From positions 300,001 through 332,000 of the forward strand of contig CP091279.1 in assembly GCA_021650915.1 (NCBI GenBank): a DNA stretch of 32,000 bases. The letters run 5' to 3'. A program made the translations under genes and the position numbers. The number at the start of each line of letters is the position of its first letter. Within the stretch, counting starts at the first letter, position 1. This stretch comes from Candidatus Brocadia sp. GTDB lineage: Bacteria > Planctomycetota > Brocadiia > Brocadiales > Brocadiaceae. Below are positions 1 to 8,021 of the stretch, piece by piece. The notes under the pieces were generated by a model. The model was not told the DNA's origin. It did not search any database and saw only the letters and a program-made list of their open reading frames with translations.

Positions 1-1
1 G

Positions 2-589
2 AAGGCGCTGGAGGCAGCGAAGGAGAAGCTCAAGAAACTGAAGCTGGAGGGATGGGTTCGGATAAAGGACGAGGCCGGAACGCTGAAGATAGAGAGCGAC
101 GAGGAGGCATTAAAAGAGGAATTGTGTCTGGACGGATGTTATGTAATCAAGACCGATCTGAAGGAGGGCGAGGCGGATACCGATCTGGTGCACGACCGGT
201 ACAAGGACTTGTCAGAGGTGGAGAAGGTGTTTCGGGGGTGCAAGACGGTGAATCTTGAGGTTCGTCCTGTATACGTGAGGAAAGAAGAGAGTACAAAAGG
301 GCATGTGTTTGTGGTAATGCTTGCGTACCTGATAATCCGAAGGTTACGTGATGCGTGGAAGAGTTTTGATCTGACGGTAGAGGAAGGACTCAAACAATTG
401 ACTACCATTTGTTCCGTGGAAGTGAAGGTGAAGGGTCAAAAGGCGCATTGCCAGAAGATACCACGTCCACGGCAACAATCACGTGAATTGTTAGAGGCAT
501 TGCAGGTAAAGCTGCCGGAGGCATTGCCAAGCCGGAACCTACGGGTAGTCACGAGAAAAAAACTTACCAGGCAACAAATAAGCCAGTAA
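2..589 (+). CDS. IS1634/IS4-superfamily DDE transposase, C-terminal ~195 aa, 5' end cut by the window edge
   Basis: This frame is open from nt 2 (KALEAAKEKLKKLK...) to the stop at 587-589, so the TTG start at 122 in the ORF track is a window-edge artefact. It carries the IS4-type C-terminal signature Y-x2-L-x2-V-E-x2-F-R-x2-K (DRYKDLSEVEKVFRGCKT), followed by RPVYVRKEESTKGHVFVVMLAYLI as in IS1634-family enzymes. Recognised by eye, not searched. Confidence 0.7.
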   Translation, partial: KALEAAKEKLKKLKLEGWVRIKDEAGTLKIESDEEALKEELCLDGCYVIKTDLKEGEADTDLVHDRYKDLSEVEKVFRGCKTVNLEVRPVYVRKEESTKGHVFVVMLAYLIIRRLRDAWKSFDLTVEEGLKQLTTICSVEVKVKGQKAHCQKIPRPRQQSRELLEALQVKLPEALPSRNLRVVTRKKLTRQQISQ

Positions 590-593
590 AATT

Positions 594-620
594 AAGGCTT
601 TCGCAGCCTTTTTGTTTTTT
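594..620 (+). terminator. Rho-independent terminator after the transposase gene
   Basis: Perfect 6-bp stem AAGGCT (594-599) / AGCCTT (605-610) with loop TTCGC, followed directly by TTTTGTTTTTT (611-620). It starts 5 nt after the stop codon. Confidence 0.6.
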
Positions 621-826
621 GCCTTGAGGTGAACATCCGTTTCAATATACGGAAAACATTACACACGAGAGAGAAAAAAGTATCTGGAATTTATTAGCTA
701 TTTTATCAATAAACTGATTGTTTAAAAACCATATATTTCATAGAGATTCCTTAAGTATTTGTTTATTGAACAATTAGATGATTTTCTCTTGCAGTTTTTC
801 TCTCGTATTTCTTGTCATGCCAAACA

Positions 827-842
827 TGGCATATGTGTTGCT
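827..842 (+). promoter_or_regulatory. sigma54 (RpoN) -24/-12 promoter for fliK-flgD-flgE
   Basis: TGGCATatgtgTTGCT has GG at 828-829 and GC at 840-841, exactly 12 nt apart (consensus TGGCAC-N5-TTGCW). It lies 57 nt upstream of ATG 898. Same architecture as the sites at 5174 and 14059. Confidence 0.6.
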
Positions 843-897
843 CATAGACAATAGCAAGTTGAGGCGAAATCGATGTTTTATCCAGGGGGAATTAATC

Positions 898-2694
898 ATG
901 CCAGATAGGGTTTTAGAACAGTGTCGCGGATATGACTTACTAGAAAACCTGAGTATCAAAAACCGTACGGCAACAAACCACGATGGCCTTCAGGTAAGTG
1001 ATATACGTGCATTAAGATCTGATGCTGAAGATGAAGAGTGGGGTGAAGAAGAAATAATCCCGTTCCTTGATCTATTACAAAAACAGGGAATTGACCCAAA
1101 GGTACAAGCAAGGCATGATTTAAAAAAAGCAAAAGGTTCTGCTTCCACTTCGCATAGAGGAGAATCATTCCAGGAGAACGAAAAAGCGGAATATCCACTT
1201 GAAATACCAGGTACATCCATACAGGGTATACCGTATATGGGCAAAAATTCAGATGCCTCCCCGTCTTCCATCGAAATCTTTAATGATTTTTCAACGGTAA
1301 CGCAGAAAAGCCAGATCGGTGTTGAACAGAATTATTCACGGAATCAAATGGTAAATACCAGTCATCCGGCAACTCTTTTGCTCACATCTTTTAGAGGTTT
1401 AGAAGGTGGCAGCCATGATCCAACTCAAAAGCAGCTGTTGGGAATTACAAAGGTTGATGCAAACACGCGGTTAAATGTTGATAGTTATTTCATCTCTCCG
1501 GGCGGCAACAACAATTTCGCCACATACTCCCTTTTTCCAGGGAATAGACCGAAAGGTGGTGTACAACAAGATGAAGAAGCTTTTATGATAAATGATTCCG
1601 GCATCTTCTCCAAAACAGAGCCGACTTCAGGCAATCTGGCAACCGAAATTACGCGAAAACAAAGTGATACTGGTGAAGGAAGTTTGTTCAAAGATCACCA
1701 TACGCTCCTGAATACGGGGCAAGCCATTTTTGATGCAACACAAGCATCCGGTTTTCCAGGTTCAGATACGAATGAGATCAATGTCAGGGAACTTCCTGCA
1801 CCATTTAGATCACAGTCGCAGCATGTTTCACCAGAAAACACGAACACGCCGTTTGTTCCGGAGGTAAATGTCCTAACCAATATGGCGGAAAAACAGATGA
1901 AGAATGAGGTATCACAAATTAACGGTGATACCGCTCCTCAGCAGAATAGCTATGCTGGCCGGCAAGCAGATAAAGAAGGGGACTTGGCGGGTAACTTTAG
2001 CCAGGGGCATGGTAATACAAGCCACGCATTCCTTGGTGCGCAAGCACAAAAGAGTTTTACGCGACGTTTCCTTGCTGTGGATGCACAATCAGTTGCCAAT
2101 GGCACACAAACATCGATAACTAATTCTTTGCAAAATACAGAGACAATTACTGGTATCTGGCCAAAGCAAGGGTCTCCCGCTGATGCCCTAATAAATAGCG
2201 AGATTCATGCGTTTCACAGCAGCATAAGTGCAGGGGAAGGGCATCTTCACGGCAGTATTATGGAACAACTCATCCAAAAATTCAATCTCGTGAGCCACGG
2301 TGACAGATCAGAAATTAAACTTCATCTTACTCCACCGGAATTAGGAAGCATAAAGATCCACTTTACCGATGAGAACGACGAAATCAGTGCACAGCTCTTT
2401 GTGGAGGATGCAGAAGTCAAGGCTGCCATTGAAAACAATGTCCACCGTTTGAAAGAATCTATGGCTGCAAGCGGTTTGGAAATTCAAAAAATGGAAGTGT
2501 TTATTCAGAATGCAAAAACCGATAAAGAAAAATTTTCGGAAAATTTTGAAACAAAGAACCAGCAGCAATATCAGGCAAAAAGTCAGGGGAGTAGTAACAG
2601 AGATCAGGGTGAGCGCGAAAACGATACAGGCGGTGCAAGGAAAAAAGGATTCGGCGGAACAGCAAAGAACTTACTGGTTGACTATATTATATAA
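898..2694 (+). CDS. fliK: Flagellar hook-length control protein FliK
   Basis: The C-terminal Flg_hook-type domain is recognisable (EIKLHLTPPELGSIKIHFTDENDEISAQLFVEDAEVKAAIENNVHRLKESMAASGLEIQKMEVFI). The N-terminal two thirds are long, Q/S/T/N-rich and poorly conserved, as is typical of FliK. Its position directly upstream of flgD-flgE fits. Start 898 is chosen because a GGGGGA Shine-Dalgarno lies 7 nt upstream and the sigma54 promoter sits inside the 778-897 extension. The alternative start is 778. Confidence 0.75.
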   Translation: MPDRVLEQCRGYDLLENLSIKNRTATNHDGLQVSDIRALRSDAEDEEWGEEEIIPFLDLLQKQGIDPKVQARHDLKKAKGSASTSHRGESFQENEKAEYPLEIPGTSIQGIPYMGKNSDASPSSIEIFNDFSTVTQKSQIGVEQNYSRNQMVNTSHPATLLLTSFRGLEGGSHDPTQKQLLGITKVDANTRLNVDSYFISPGGNNNFATYSLFPGNRPKGGVQQDEEAFMINDSGIFSKTEPTSGNLATEITRKQSDTGEGSLFKDHHTLLNTGQAIFDATQASGFPGSDTNEINVRELPAPFRSQSQHVSPENTNTPFVPEVNVLTNMAEKQMKNEVSQINGDTAPQQNSYAGRQADKEGDLAGNFSQGHGNTSHAFLGAQAQKSFTRRFLAVDAQSVANGTQTSITNSLQNTETITGIWPKQGSPADALINSEIHAFHSSISAGEGHLHGSIMEQLIQKFNLVSHGDRSEIKLHLTPPELGSIKIHFTDENDEISAQLFVEDAEVKAAIENNVHRLKESMAASGLEIQKMEVFIQNAKTDKEKFSENFETKNQQQYQAKSQGSSNRDQGERENDTGGARKKGFGGTAKNLLVDYII

Positions 2695-2705
2695 GGAGAT
2701 AAGAA

Positions 2706-3110
2706 ATGGCTGTAACAAGTACTTCTGGGATAAGTTCCGAAATCAGTATGAATAATTTTCTTACACTCTTTGTAACGCAATTGCAAAACCAAAATCCGTT
2801 AGACCCTACGGATAATTCGGAATTTATGTCGCAATTAGCACAATTTAGCACCTTGGAACAAGAACAACAGCAGACTGGATACCTTGAAAGGCTGGCCAGT
2901 ATTGACACCGCTAAGTTACAATTGGATCAAATATCTATGGCCAGCGCGTTTATTGGCAAGATGGTAACATTCAGCAGCGATAGCAAGAGTGAGATAACCA
3001 GTAAGGGCGTGGTAGAAGGAGTACAACTGGAAAAGAACGGAACGGTATCTTTTGTTATTAATGGAAGCGCTGTTTCCATCTCAAATCTCATAAAGGTTAG
3101 TGATGTATAG
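2706..3110 (+). CDS. flgD: Flagellar hook assembly/capping protein FlgD
   Basis: N-terminal FlgD signature FLTLFVTQLQNQNPLDPTDNSEFMSQLAQFSTLEQ. AAGGAG Shine-Dalgarno at 2693-2698. Located between fliK and flgE. Confidence 0.9.
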   Translation: MAVTSTSGISSEISMNNFLTLFVTQLQNQNPLDPTDNSEFMSQLAQFSTLEQEQQQTGYLERLASIDTAKLQLDQISMASAFIGKMVTFSSDSKSEITSKGVVEGVQLEKNGTVSFVINGSAVSISNLIKVSDV

Positions 3111-3181
3111 AAAGAATATGCTTCAAAAAGCATGCAATCAATCAGAATTATTGTATGAAAAATAATTGAAAGGAGGCGGTC

Positions 3182-4768
3182 ATGGGACTCAGCGGTGCAC
3201 TATATTCAGGGATATCAGGTATTCGTGCTCACCAGAGTATGCTCGATATCATTGGTAATAACCTGGCAAACATTAACACGTATGGATACAAATCATCCCG
3301 ATTGTTATTTTCCGACATGTTAAGTCAAACGATAGCGACGGGAGCCAACGGCAACCCAATGCAAGTCGGAAAGGGAGTGAAATTAGCCAATATTTCATCG
3401 GATTTTTCGACAGGAAGTATGGATGCAACCGGGAGCGTTTATGACCTCGGCATCGAGGGTGAGGGGTTTTTTGTTGTTAGCAATGGCGATAAAAACTTTT
3501 TTACCCGAGTTGGTGCATTTGAACTTGATGGCAACAATGTTCTTATTGATAAAAGTTCTAGCTATAAGGTTACGGACACAAACGGTAATGAAATTATTGT
3601 TCCGATCAATTCAACGGTTTCTGGTCAGGCTACCTCTGTAGTTACGGTTGAAGGAAATTTGGATAACGCGTTAACAAGCAGTGAAGCTGAAGTATTAATC
3701 ATGACTACCAGCCTGGAAGAAAGTTCTGTGGCAGCAACAGCGACAACTGCATTAAATGACCTTGATTCAAATGCGACGGACTATTCTGATGGAAACACCA
3801 TTATTATTCGTGGAACAAAATCAGACGGGAGTTCCATTCCTACAACCACCTTCACGTACGGTTTGGCTAATGACGGAACAACGGTTGGAGATCTTATAAG
3901 CGTCATAAATACGGCATTTTCCGGTGATGCCACTGCCAGTTTAGATGCTTCAGGAAAGATTGTTCTCAAGGCAGATACCGCAGGAAATGACGAATTAACT
4001 CTTGTCTTGGATGACGGAAGTGCAGTTGGCTCAGGTGAAACAACGTGGGAGAATCACGCATTCAAGGGTTCTACCGTTGAAAAAACAGCGACAATCTATG
4101 ATTCTCAGGGAGGTTCACATTTGGTTCAGTTGAAATTTACAAAACAAATGGACAATTTATGGGATCTTACAGCCTTTATGGACAGCAGCGATGGCACATT
4201 TGCCAGTGGTGATAATACGATCACTGATATTACCTTCGACGATAATGGGAACTTTATTTCCAGCGGTGATACAACGCTTCAATTTGATTTTAACAGCATT
4301 AGTGGTACACAGTCCGTGGCCTTTGACCTTGGCACTTTGGGTGACAATGATGGCATTACACAAAACAGCGGCACTTCAAGTGTTATGGCAAACGCAGATG
4401 GGTATTCGTATGGCAAGTTTAATAAGGTCGCGATAGATCCGGATGGTATTATAAAGGTGGTGTATACCAATGGCATTACACAAGACCTTGCGACGTTAAG
4501 GCTTGCATTGTTCAACAATAACAATGGTTTAGGTAAGATCGGGGACAACTTATATGAACAGTCAAACAGTTCGGGTGAGCCTATGTACGTTTCTGCAAAT
4601 TCAGGCCGGGCAGGTTTAATCAGAAGCGGTTTTTTAGAGAGTTCTAATGTGGATATGGCTATTGAGCTAACATCACTTATTACAGCACAAAGAGGTTTCC
4701 AGCTTAACACAAAAGTCATCACCACTGCGGATGAAATCCTGGCAGAGATTGTCAATCTCAAGAGGTAA
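3182..4768 (+). CDS. flgE: Flagellar hook protein FlgE
   Basis: Rod/hook N-terminal motif MGLSGALYSGISGIRAHQSMLDIIGNNLANINTYGYK and C-terminal motif LESSNVDMAIELTSLITAQRGFQLNTKVITTADEIL. Large central variable domain. GGAGG Shine-Dalgarno upstream. Confidence 0.95.
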   Translation: MGLSGALYSGISGIRAHQSMLDIIGNNLANINTYGYKSSRLLFSDMLSQTIATGANGNPMQVGKGVKLANISSDFSTGSMDATGSVYDLGIEGEGFFVVSNGDKNFFTRVGAFELDGNNVLIDKSSSYKVTDTNGNEIIVPINSTVSGQATSVVTVEGNLDNALTSSEAEVLIMTTSLEESSVAATATTALNDLDSNATDYSDGNTIIIRGTKSDGSSIPTTTFTYGLANDGTTVGDLISVINTAFSGDATASLDASGKIVLKADTAGNDELTLVLDDGSAVGSGETTWENHAFKGSTVEKTATIYDSQGGSHLVQLKFTKQMDNLWDLTAFMDSSDGTFASGDNTITDITFDDNGNFISSGDTTLQFDFNSISGTQSVAFDLGTLGDNDGITQNSGTSSVMANADGYSYGKFNKVAIDPDGIIKVVYTNGITQDLATLRLALFNNNNGLGKIGDNLYEQSNSSGEPMYVSANSGRAGLIRSGFLESSNVDMAIELTSLITAQRGFQLNTKVITTADEILAEIVNLKR

Positions 4769-4784
4769 CCAGGGTAGTATGGTG

Positions 4785-4886
4785 ACAGTTCACAGTGATT
4801 AAACAGCAGCGCCTTGTTGTTATGGAATCTGGTGTGAAACCACTGTGAACTGTGATCTGGTCTTAGGTGTTGTGGTATCAATACCA
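4785..4886 (+). repeat. Hairpin cluster in the flgE 3' region (13-bp perfect inverted repeat plus two smaller hairpins)
   Basis: ACAGTTCACAGTG (4785-4797) is the exact reverse complement of CACTGTGAACTGT (4841-4853). Nested inside is AACAGCAG (4802-4809) / TTGTTGTT (4814-4821), which pairs with two G-U wobbles on the + strand RNA only. Downstream is TGGTA-TCAA-TACCA (4873-4886), with a T5 run at 4892-4896. Confidence 0.6.
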
Positions 4887-5173
4887 AACGCTTTTTATGA
4901 ATGCCAAAGGGTGCGGGTAAGTTACGCTAAAGGAGCTTGTAATACCTTTTTGAATTTTCCTTTACAGTTTCGTATTTAAACACCGTGTAAATATTTTAAA
5001 CAGGATTTTTCCCTGCCAGGAAAATTTTTTCTACTATCTATGAAGTTTTTGATTATTGTATTTAGAAAAATTGCTGAAAGATCTATTTGGAATAAATTTT
5101 ATAAGTGTCAGAACATCTTGCACAATGGATTGTTATAAGAAATAGCCGTACTACAAATTTTTGATCAGATGTT

Positions 5174-5189
5174 TGGTACCAAGATTGCT
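5174..5189 (+). promoter_or_regulatory. sigma54 (RpoN) -24/-12 promoter for the flgF...flgL block
   Basis: TGGTACcaagaTTGCT has GG at 5175-5176 and GC at 5187-5188, 12 nt apart. It lies 55 nt upstream of flgF ATG 5243, at the end of a 474-bp non-coding spacer. Confidence 0.6.
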
Positions 5190-5242
5190 CAACTCTGCAA
5201 TATGAAACAATAAAGATTTCCACTTAAACTTGGGGGGTATAT

Positions 5243-5974
5243 ATGATCGTAGGACTTTATACGGGGGCATCGAGTATGATAAGCCAGGGTGATTATCAAG
5301 CTGTAATAGCACGCAATCTTGCAAATATAAATACTGTTGGATATAAGAAAAACGTTGCTGTTTTTCAATCTTATATTTCACAATCGTCAGATAAGGATAT
5401 GGCTACGGCTTCACATGGTGTCGGAAGCAGTTTGGGTACTATTGCTACCGATTTTTCACAAGGTACTCTGGAATACACAGGCAATGATCTCGATATTTCA
5501 ATAAAAGGTGAAGGATTTTTTGTTGTAAAAGCAGATACGGGAATTTCTTATACAAGAAAGGGGCAGTTTATGCTGTCGCGGGATATGAGGATAATCACCC
5601 CTGAAGGGTTGCCCCTCCTGGGTCATGAGGGTGAGATTCAAATTCCGCAAAATACGAAAAGTATTACGGTAAAAGAAGACGGAGGTATTTCTGCTGACGG
5701 CAAAGAGATTGGCAAGATAAAGATTGCTGCTGTCTCTGATTTGACTGCTCTCGAACCGATAGGTGGTTGTGCCTATAAATTATCAGATAAAGTACCGCAG
5801 CCGAAAGATTCAACCGATTTTAAAATAGCGCAACGCTATCTGGAAAGATCTAATGTAAATGCCATAGATGAGATGGTTAATATGATTTCCAATATGAGAG
5901 GGTACCAGGTTGGCCACAAGGTAACAGACTCTATCGATGAGACGCTAAAAAAACTCATTAAACTTGTATCGTAA
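5243..5974 (+). CDS. flgF: Flagellar basal-body rod protein FlgF
   Basis: Rod-family N terminus (LYTGASSMISQGDYQAVIARNLANINTVGYKK) and C terminus (LERSNVNAIDEMVNMISNMRGYQ). About 240 aa and directly upstream of flgG, as for FlgF. GGGGGG Shine-Dalgarno. Confidence 0.8.
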   Translation: MIVGLYTGASSMISQGDYQAVIARNLANINTVGYKKNVAVFQSYISQSSDKDMATASHGVGSSLGTIATDFSQGTLEYTGNDLDISIKGEGFFVVKADTGISYTRKGQFMLSRDMRIITPEGLPLLGHEGEIQIPQNTKSITVKEDGGISADGKEIGKIKIAAVSDLTALEPIGGCAYKLSDKVPQPKDSTDFKIAQRYLERSNVNAIDEMVNMISNMRGYQVGHKVTDSIDETLKKLIKLVS

Positions 5975-5986
5975 AAGGAGATTTTT

Positions 5987-6766
5987 ATGATAAGGGCTTT
6001 ATATACAGCCGCTACTGGGATGAAGGCTCAGCAATTATATTTAGATAATGTCTCAAATAATTTAGCCAATATAAATACCACCGGATTTAAGAGGAGCCAG
6101 GTTAATTTTCAAGATCTCCTGTACGACAAAAAATTTATTGCAGGTTCTGAATCTGCGCAGGGTTTTGAGATACCTTCCGGCATTCAGCTTGGTGGTGGCG
6201 TAAGGCCCATTTCCACATCCAAGGTGTTTTCCCAGGGAAACCAGCAAAATACCAATCGATCATTGGATATTGCCGTTGAAGGAAACGGTTTTTTTCAAAT
6301 CAGCCGGCCCGACGGTACCATTGCCTACACACGGGATGGTGCATTTGAACTGAATAGTAAGGGTGAGATTGTGACTGCTGAAGGGTTGCCTTTGACCCCG
6401 AGTATTACCATTCAGGATGCCAAAGAAATATCTATTGGAACAGATGGCACCGTATTTATAAAGGGCTCAGATGGCAGCATTCAGAATGTGGGGCAAATTA
6501 TGCTGGCAAATTTTCCTAATCCGGCTGGTTTAGAGAGTATGGGTAGAAATATGTATGCAGAAACTATTGCATCGGGTTCTCCGATCGTATCAGCTCCAGG
6601 AGAACAAGGAACGGGAGAGATTCATCAGTATGCACTGGAAAATTCCAATGTTGAAACCGTTACGGAGCTGGTTAATCTTATTACTGCGCAACGCGCTTAC
6701 GAGATTAATTCACGCGCAATCAAGGCCAGCGATGAGATGTTGTCAACCATCAACAATCTGTCATAA
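5987..6766 (+). CDS. flgG: Flagellar distal rod protein FlgG
   Basis: MIRALYTAATGMKAQQLYLDNVSNNLANINTTGFKRSQVNFQDLLY and LENSNVETVTELVNLITAQRAYEINSRAIKASDEML are near-canonical FlgG termini. 259 aa. AAGGAG Shine-Dalgarno. Confidence 0.95.
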   Translation: MIRALYTAATGMKAQQLYLDNVSNNLANINTTGFKRSQVNFQDLLYDKKFIAGSESAQGFEIPSGIQLGGGVRPISTSKVFSQGNQQNTNRSLDIAVEGNGFFQISRPDGTIAYTRDGAFELNSKGEIVTAEGLPLTPSITIQDAKEISIGTDGTVFIKGSDGSIQNVGQIMLANFPNPAGLESMGRNMYAETIASGSPIVSAPGEQGTGEIHQYALENSNVETVTELVNLITAQRAYEINSRAIKASDEMLSTINNLS

Positions 6767-6959
6767 TATCTAATATCGGGGCGTAAGAAAGTTACAATAC
6801 AATCCTCTTTGAGGGGCAGATGTTGGGGGTTACAAAAAACCTTGCGAATCAAAAAGATTTCATTCGGTATCACGGGAAGATATTGCATGCTTATCGTCGT
6901 GTCCTTCGGGCAATAACAAGACGGGCTGTTGAGAGATATTGTGTAACCAAGGGGGTAGT

Positions 6960-7934
6960 ATGATGAATTTAACCTATGTAATCCGATTGTCAGCAATCAT
7001 TTTTCTTTTTGTACATACCGCGGTAGCTGAAGAAATTAGGATTGACCTTAAGGAGAAAGTAACACTACCAGAAAAACAGATAGTTCTGAATGACATTGCA
7101 TCTCTTTCCTGCAATAATCCGTTTCTTTTAGAAAGGGTAGGCAATATTCAGCTCGGCAATACCCCTTGGCCTGGTAACGTCAGGAAAATTGAAAGAGATT
7201 CCCTTGCAGTACGTCTTGTGGACGAGGGTATTGATATGAGTGAGGTAGCATATAGTGATGTGGCTTTTTCCCTGGTATCCGTTGAATCAACGACCGTTAC
7301 CGGAGATGAGATCCTAAGGGTAGCGAGGGAATACCTTATGTCGAGTCTGTCCCGGCCTGAGGACGAAATGATCATTGAGTCTGACCGATCGATACCGGAT
7401 AAATTATTACCTGCCAATGAAGGCGATATTCACCTGGAAGTGGCGCAAGTTGAGACGAACAAAGACAGGGGGAATATTCAGCTCATTGTCCGGATATTGA
7501 TTAATAACAGTCTCTATCTGAAGGTGCCGGTATACTTTCATGTGCGTGTCTATGAGACGGTTGTTGCTTCCCGTAAAAAAATAGACAGAAATGACACGTT
7601 GACCTCAGATAATCTGACCATAAGCAGAATGGAAACAACAAAATTATTCAAAACAACATTTGTCAAAATGGAAGATCTTATAGGAAAGCGAGCCTCACGC
7701 TCGATTTTACCAAACACTCCCATTACTCCAGAAATTGTGGATAATTCACCTGCAATCAAAAAAGGCGACCTCGTCAAGGTTTTTGTTCATTCGGGTAATC
7801 TTCACGTGGTAACAAAAGGGGTGGCAAAGGAAGACGGCTGCGTTGGCAAAATTATCCGGGTAAAAAACCTTGACTCGCATAAGGAATTATACGGAAGGGT
7901 AGAGGATTCAACTGCAGTGAAGATCGTCTTTTAA
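6960..7934 (+). CDS. flgA: Flagellar P-ring assembly chaperone FlgA
   Basis: Signal-peptide-like N terminus (MMNLTYVIRLSAIIFLFVHTAVA). The C-terminal FlgA/SAF-type region is IDRNDTLTSDNL...AIKKGDLVKVFVHSGNLHVVTKGVAKEDGCVGKIIRVKNLDSHKELYGRV. Start set at ATG 6960 (or 6963) behind the GGGGG run at 6951-6955. The ORF-track start 6939 is a TTG. Confidence 0.8.
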   Translation: MMNLTYVIRLSAIIFLFVHTAVAEEIRIDLKEKVTLPEKQIVLNDIASLSCNNPFLLERVGNIQLGNTPWPGNVRKIERDSLAVRLVDEGIDMSEVAYSDVAFSLVSVESTTVTGDEILRVAREYLMSSLSRPEDEMIIESDRSIPDKLLPANEGDIHLEVAQVETNKDRGNIQLIVRILINNSLYLKVPVYFHVRVYETVVASRKKIDRNDTLTSDNLTISRMETTKLFKTTFVKMEDLIGKRASRSILPNTPITPEIVDNSPAIKKGDLVKVFVHSGNLHVVTKGVAKEDGCVGKIIRVKNLDSHKELYGRVEDSTAVKIVF

Positions 7935-8021
7935 AGGAAATCATAGCATCATACACGTATGAGTTATCATCGCTCTAATCGGATCAAATCTCTTTTGTGG
8001 AAGGATTTAAAAATACGCATA

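Noticed and set aside
52-408. 68-aa + strand ORF and 89-aa minus-strand ORF at the left edge
   Set aside because: Both overlap the transposase reading frame, which carries the recognisable IS4-type signature. The Gly/Arg-rich product is an off-frame artefact.
778-897. N-terminal 40-codon extension of fliK given by the longest-ORF start
   Set aside because: It contains the sigma54 promoter (827-842). It encodes an implausible Cys/Phe-rich peptide and lacks a Shine-Dalgarno, whereas ATG 898 has GGGGGA upstream.
3118-3170. Two short AT-rich hairpins (ATGCTT-caaa-AAGCAT and AATTATT-N8-AATAATT) in the flgD-flgE spacer
   Set aside because: The stems are 6-7 bp and AT-rich, with no following T-tract. 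They are easily produced by chance in AT-rich spacers, and there is no evidence of function.
4279-4887. 202-aa ORF on the minus strand
   Set aside because: It is antisense to the highly conserved C-terminal part of flgE and to the hairpin cluster. It has no recognisable family or ribosome-binding site, and is a typical shadow ORF.
4873-4896. Possible intrinsic terminator after flgE (TGGTA-TCAA-TACCA ... TTTTT)
   Set aside because: The stem is only 5 bp and is separated from the T run by 5 nt. That is too weak to call a terminator on its own, so it is reported only as part of the hairpin cluster.
5040-5138. 32-codon small ORF (MKFLIIVFRKIAERSIWNKFYKCQNILHNGLL) in the flgE-flgF spacer
   Set aside because: It has no Shine-Dalgarno, although most real genes here have strong ones. 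It lies in AT-rich sequence where such ORFs arise by chance, and no family is recognisable.
6874-6887. Sigma54-like GG...TTGCA upstream of flgA (cacGGGaagataTTGCA)
   Set aside because: The GG-to-GC spacing is 10 or 11 nt rather than the obligatory 12. flgA is more simply read as part of the flgF operon.
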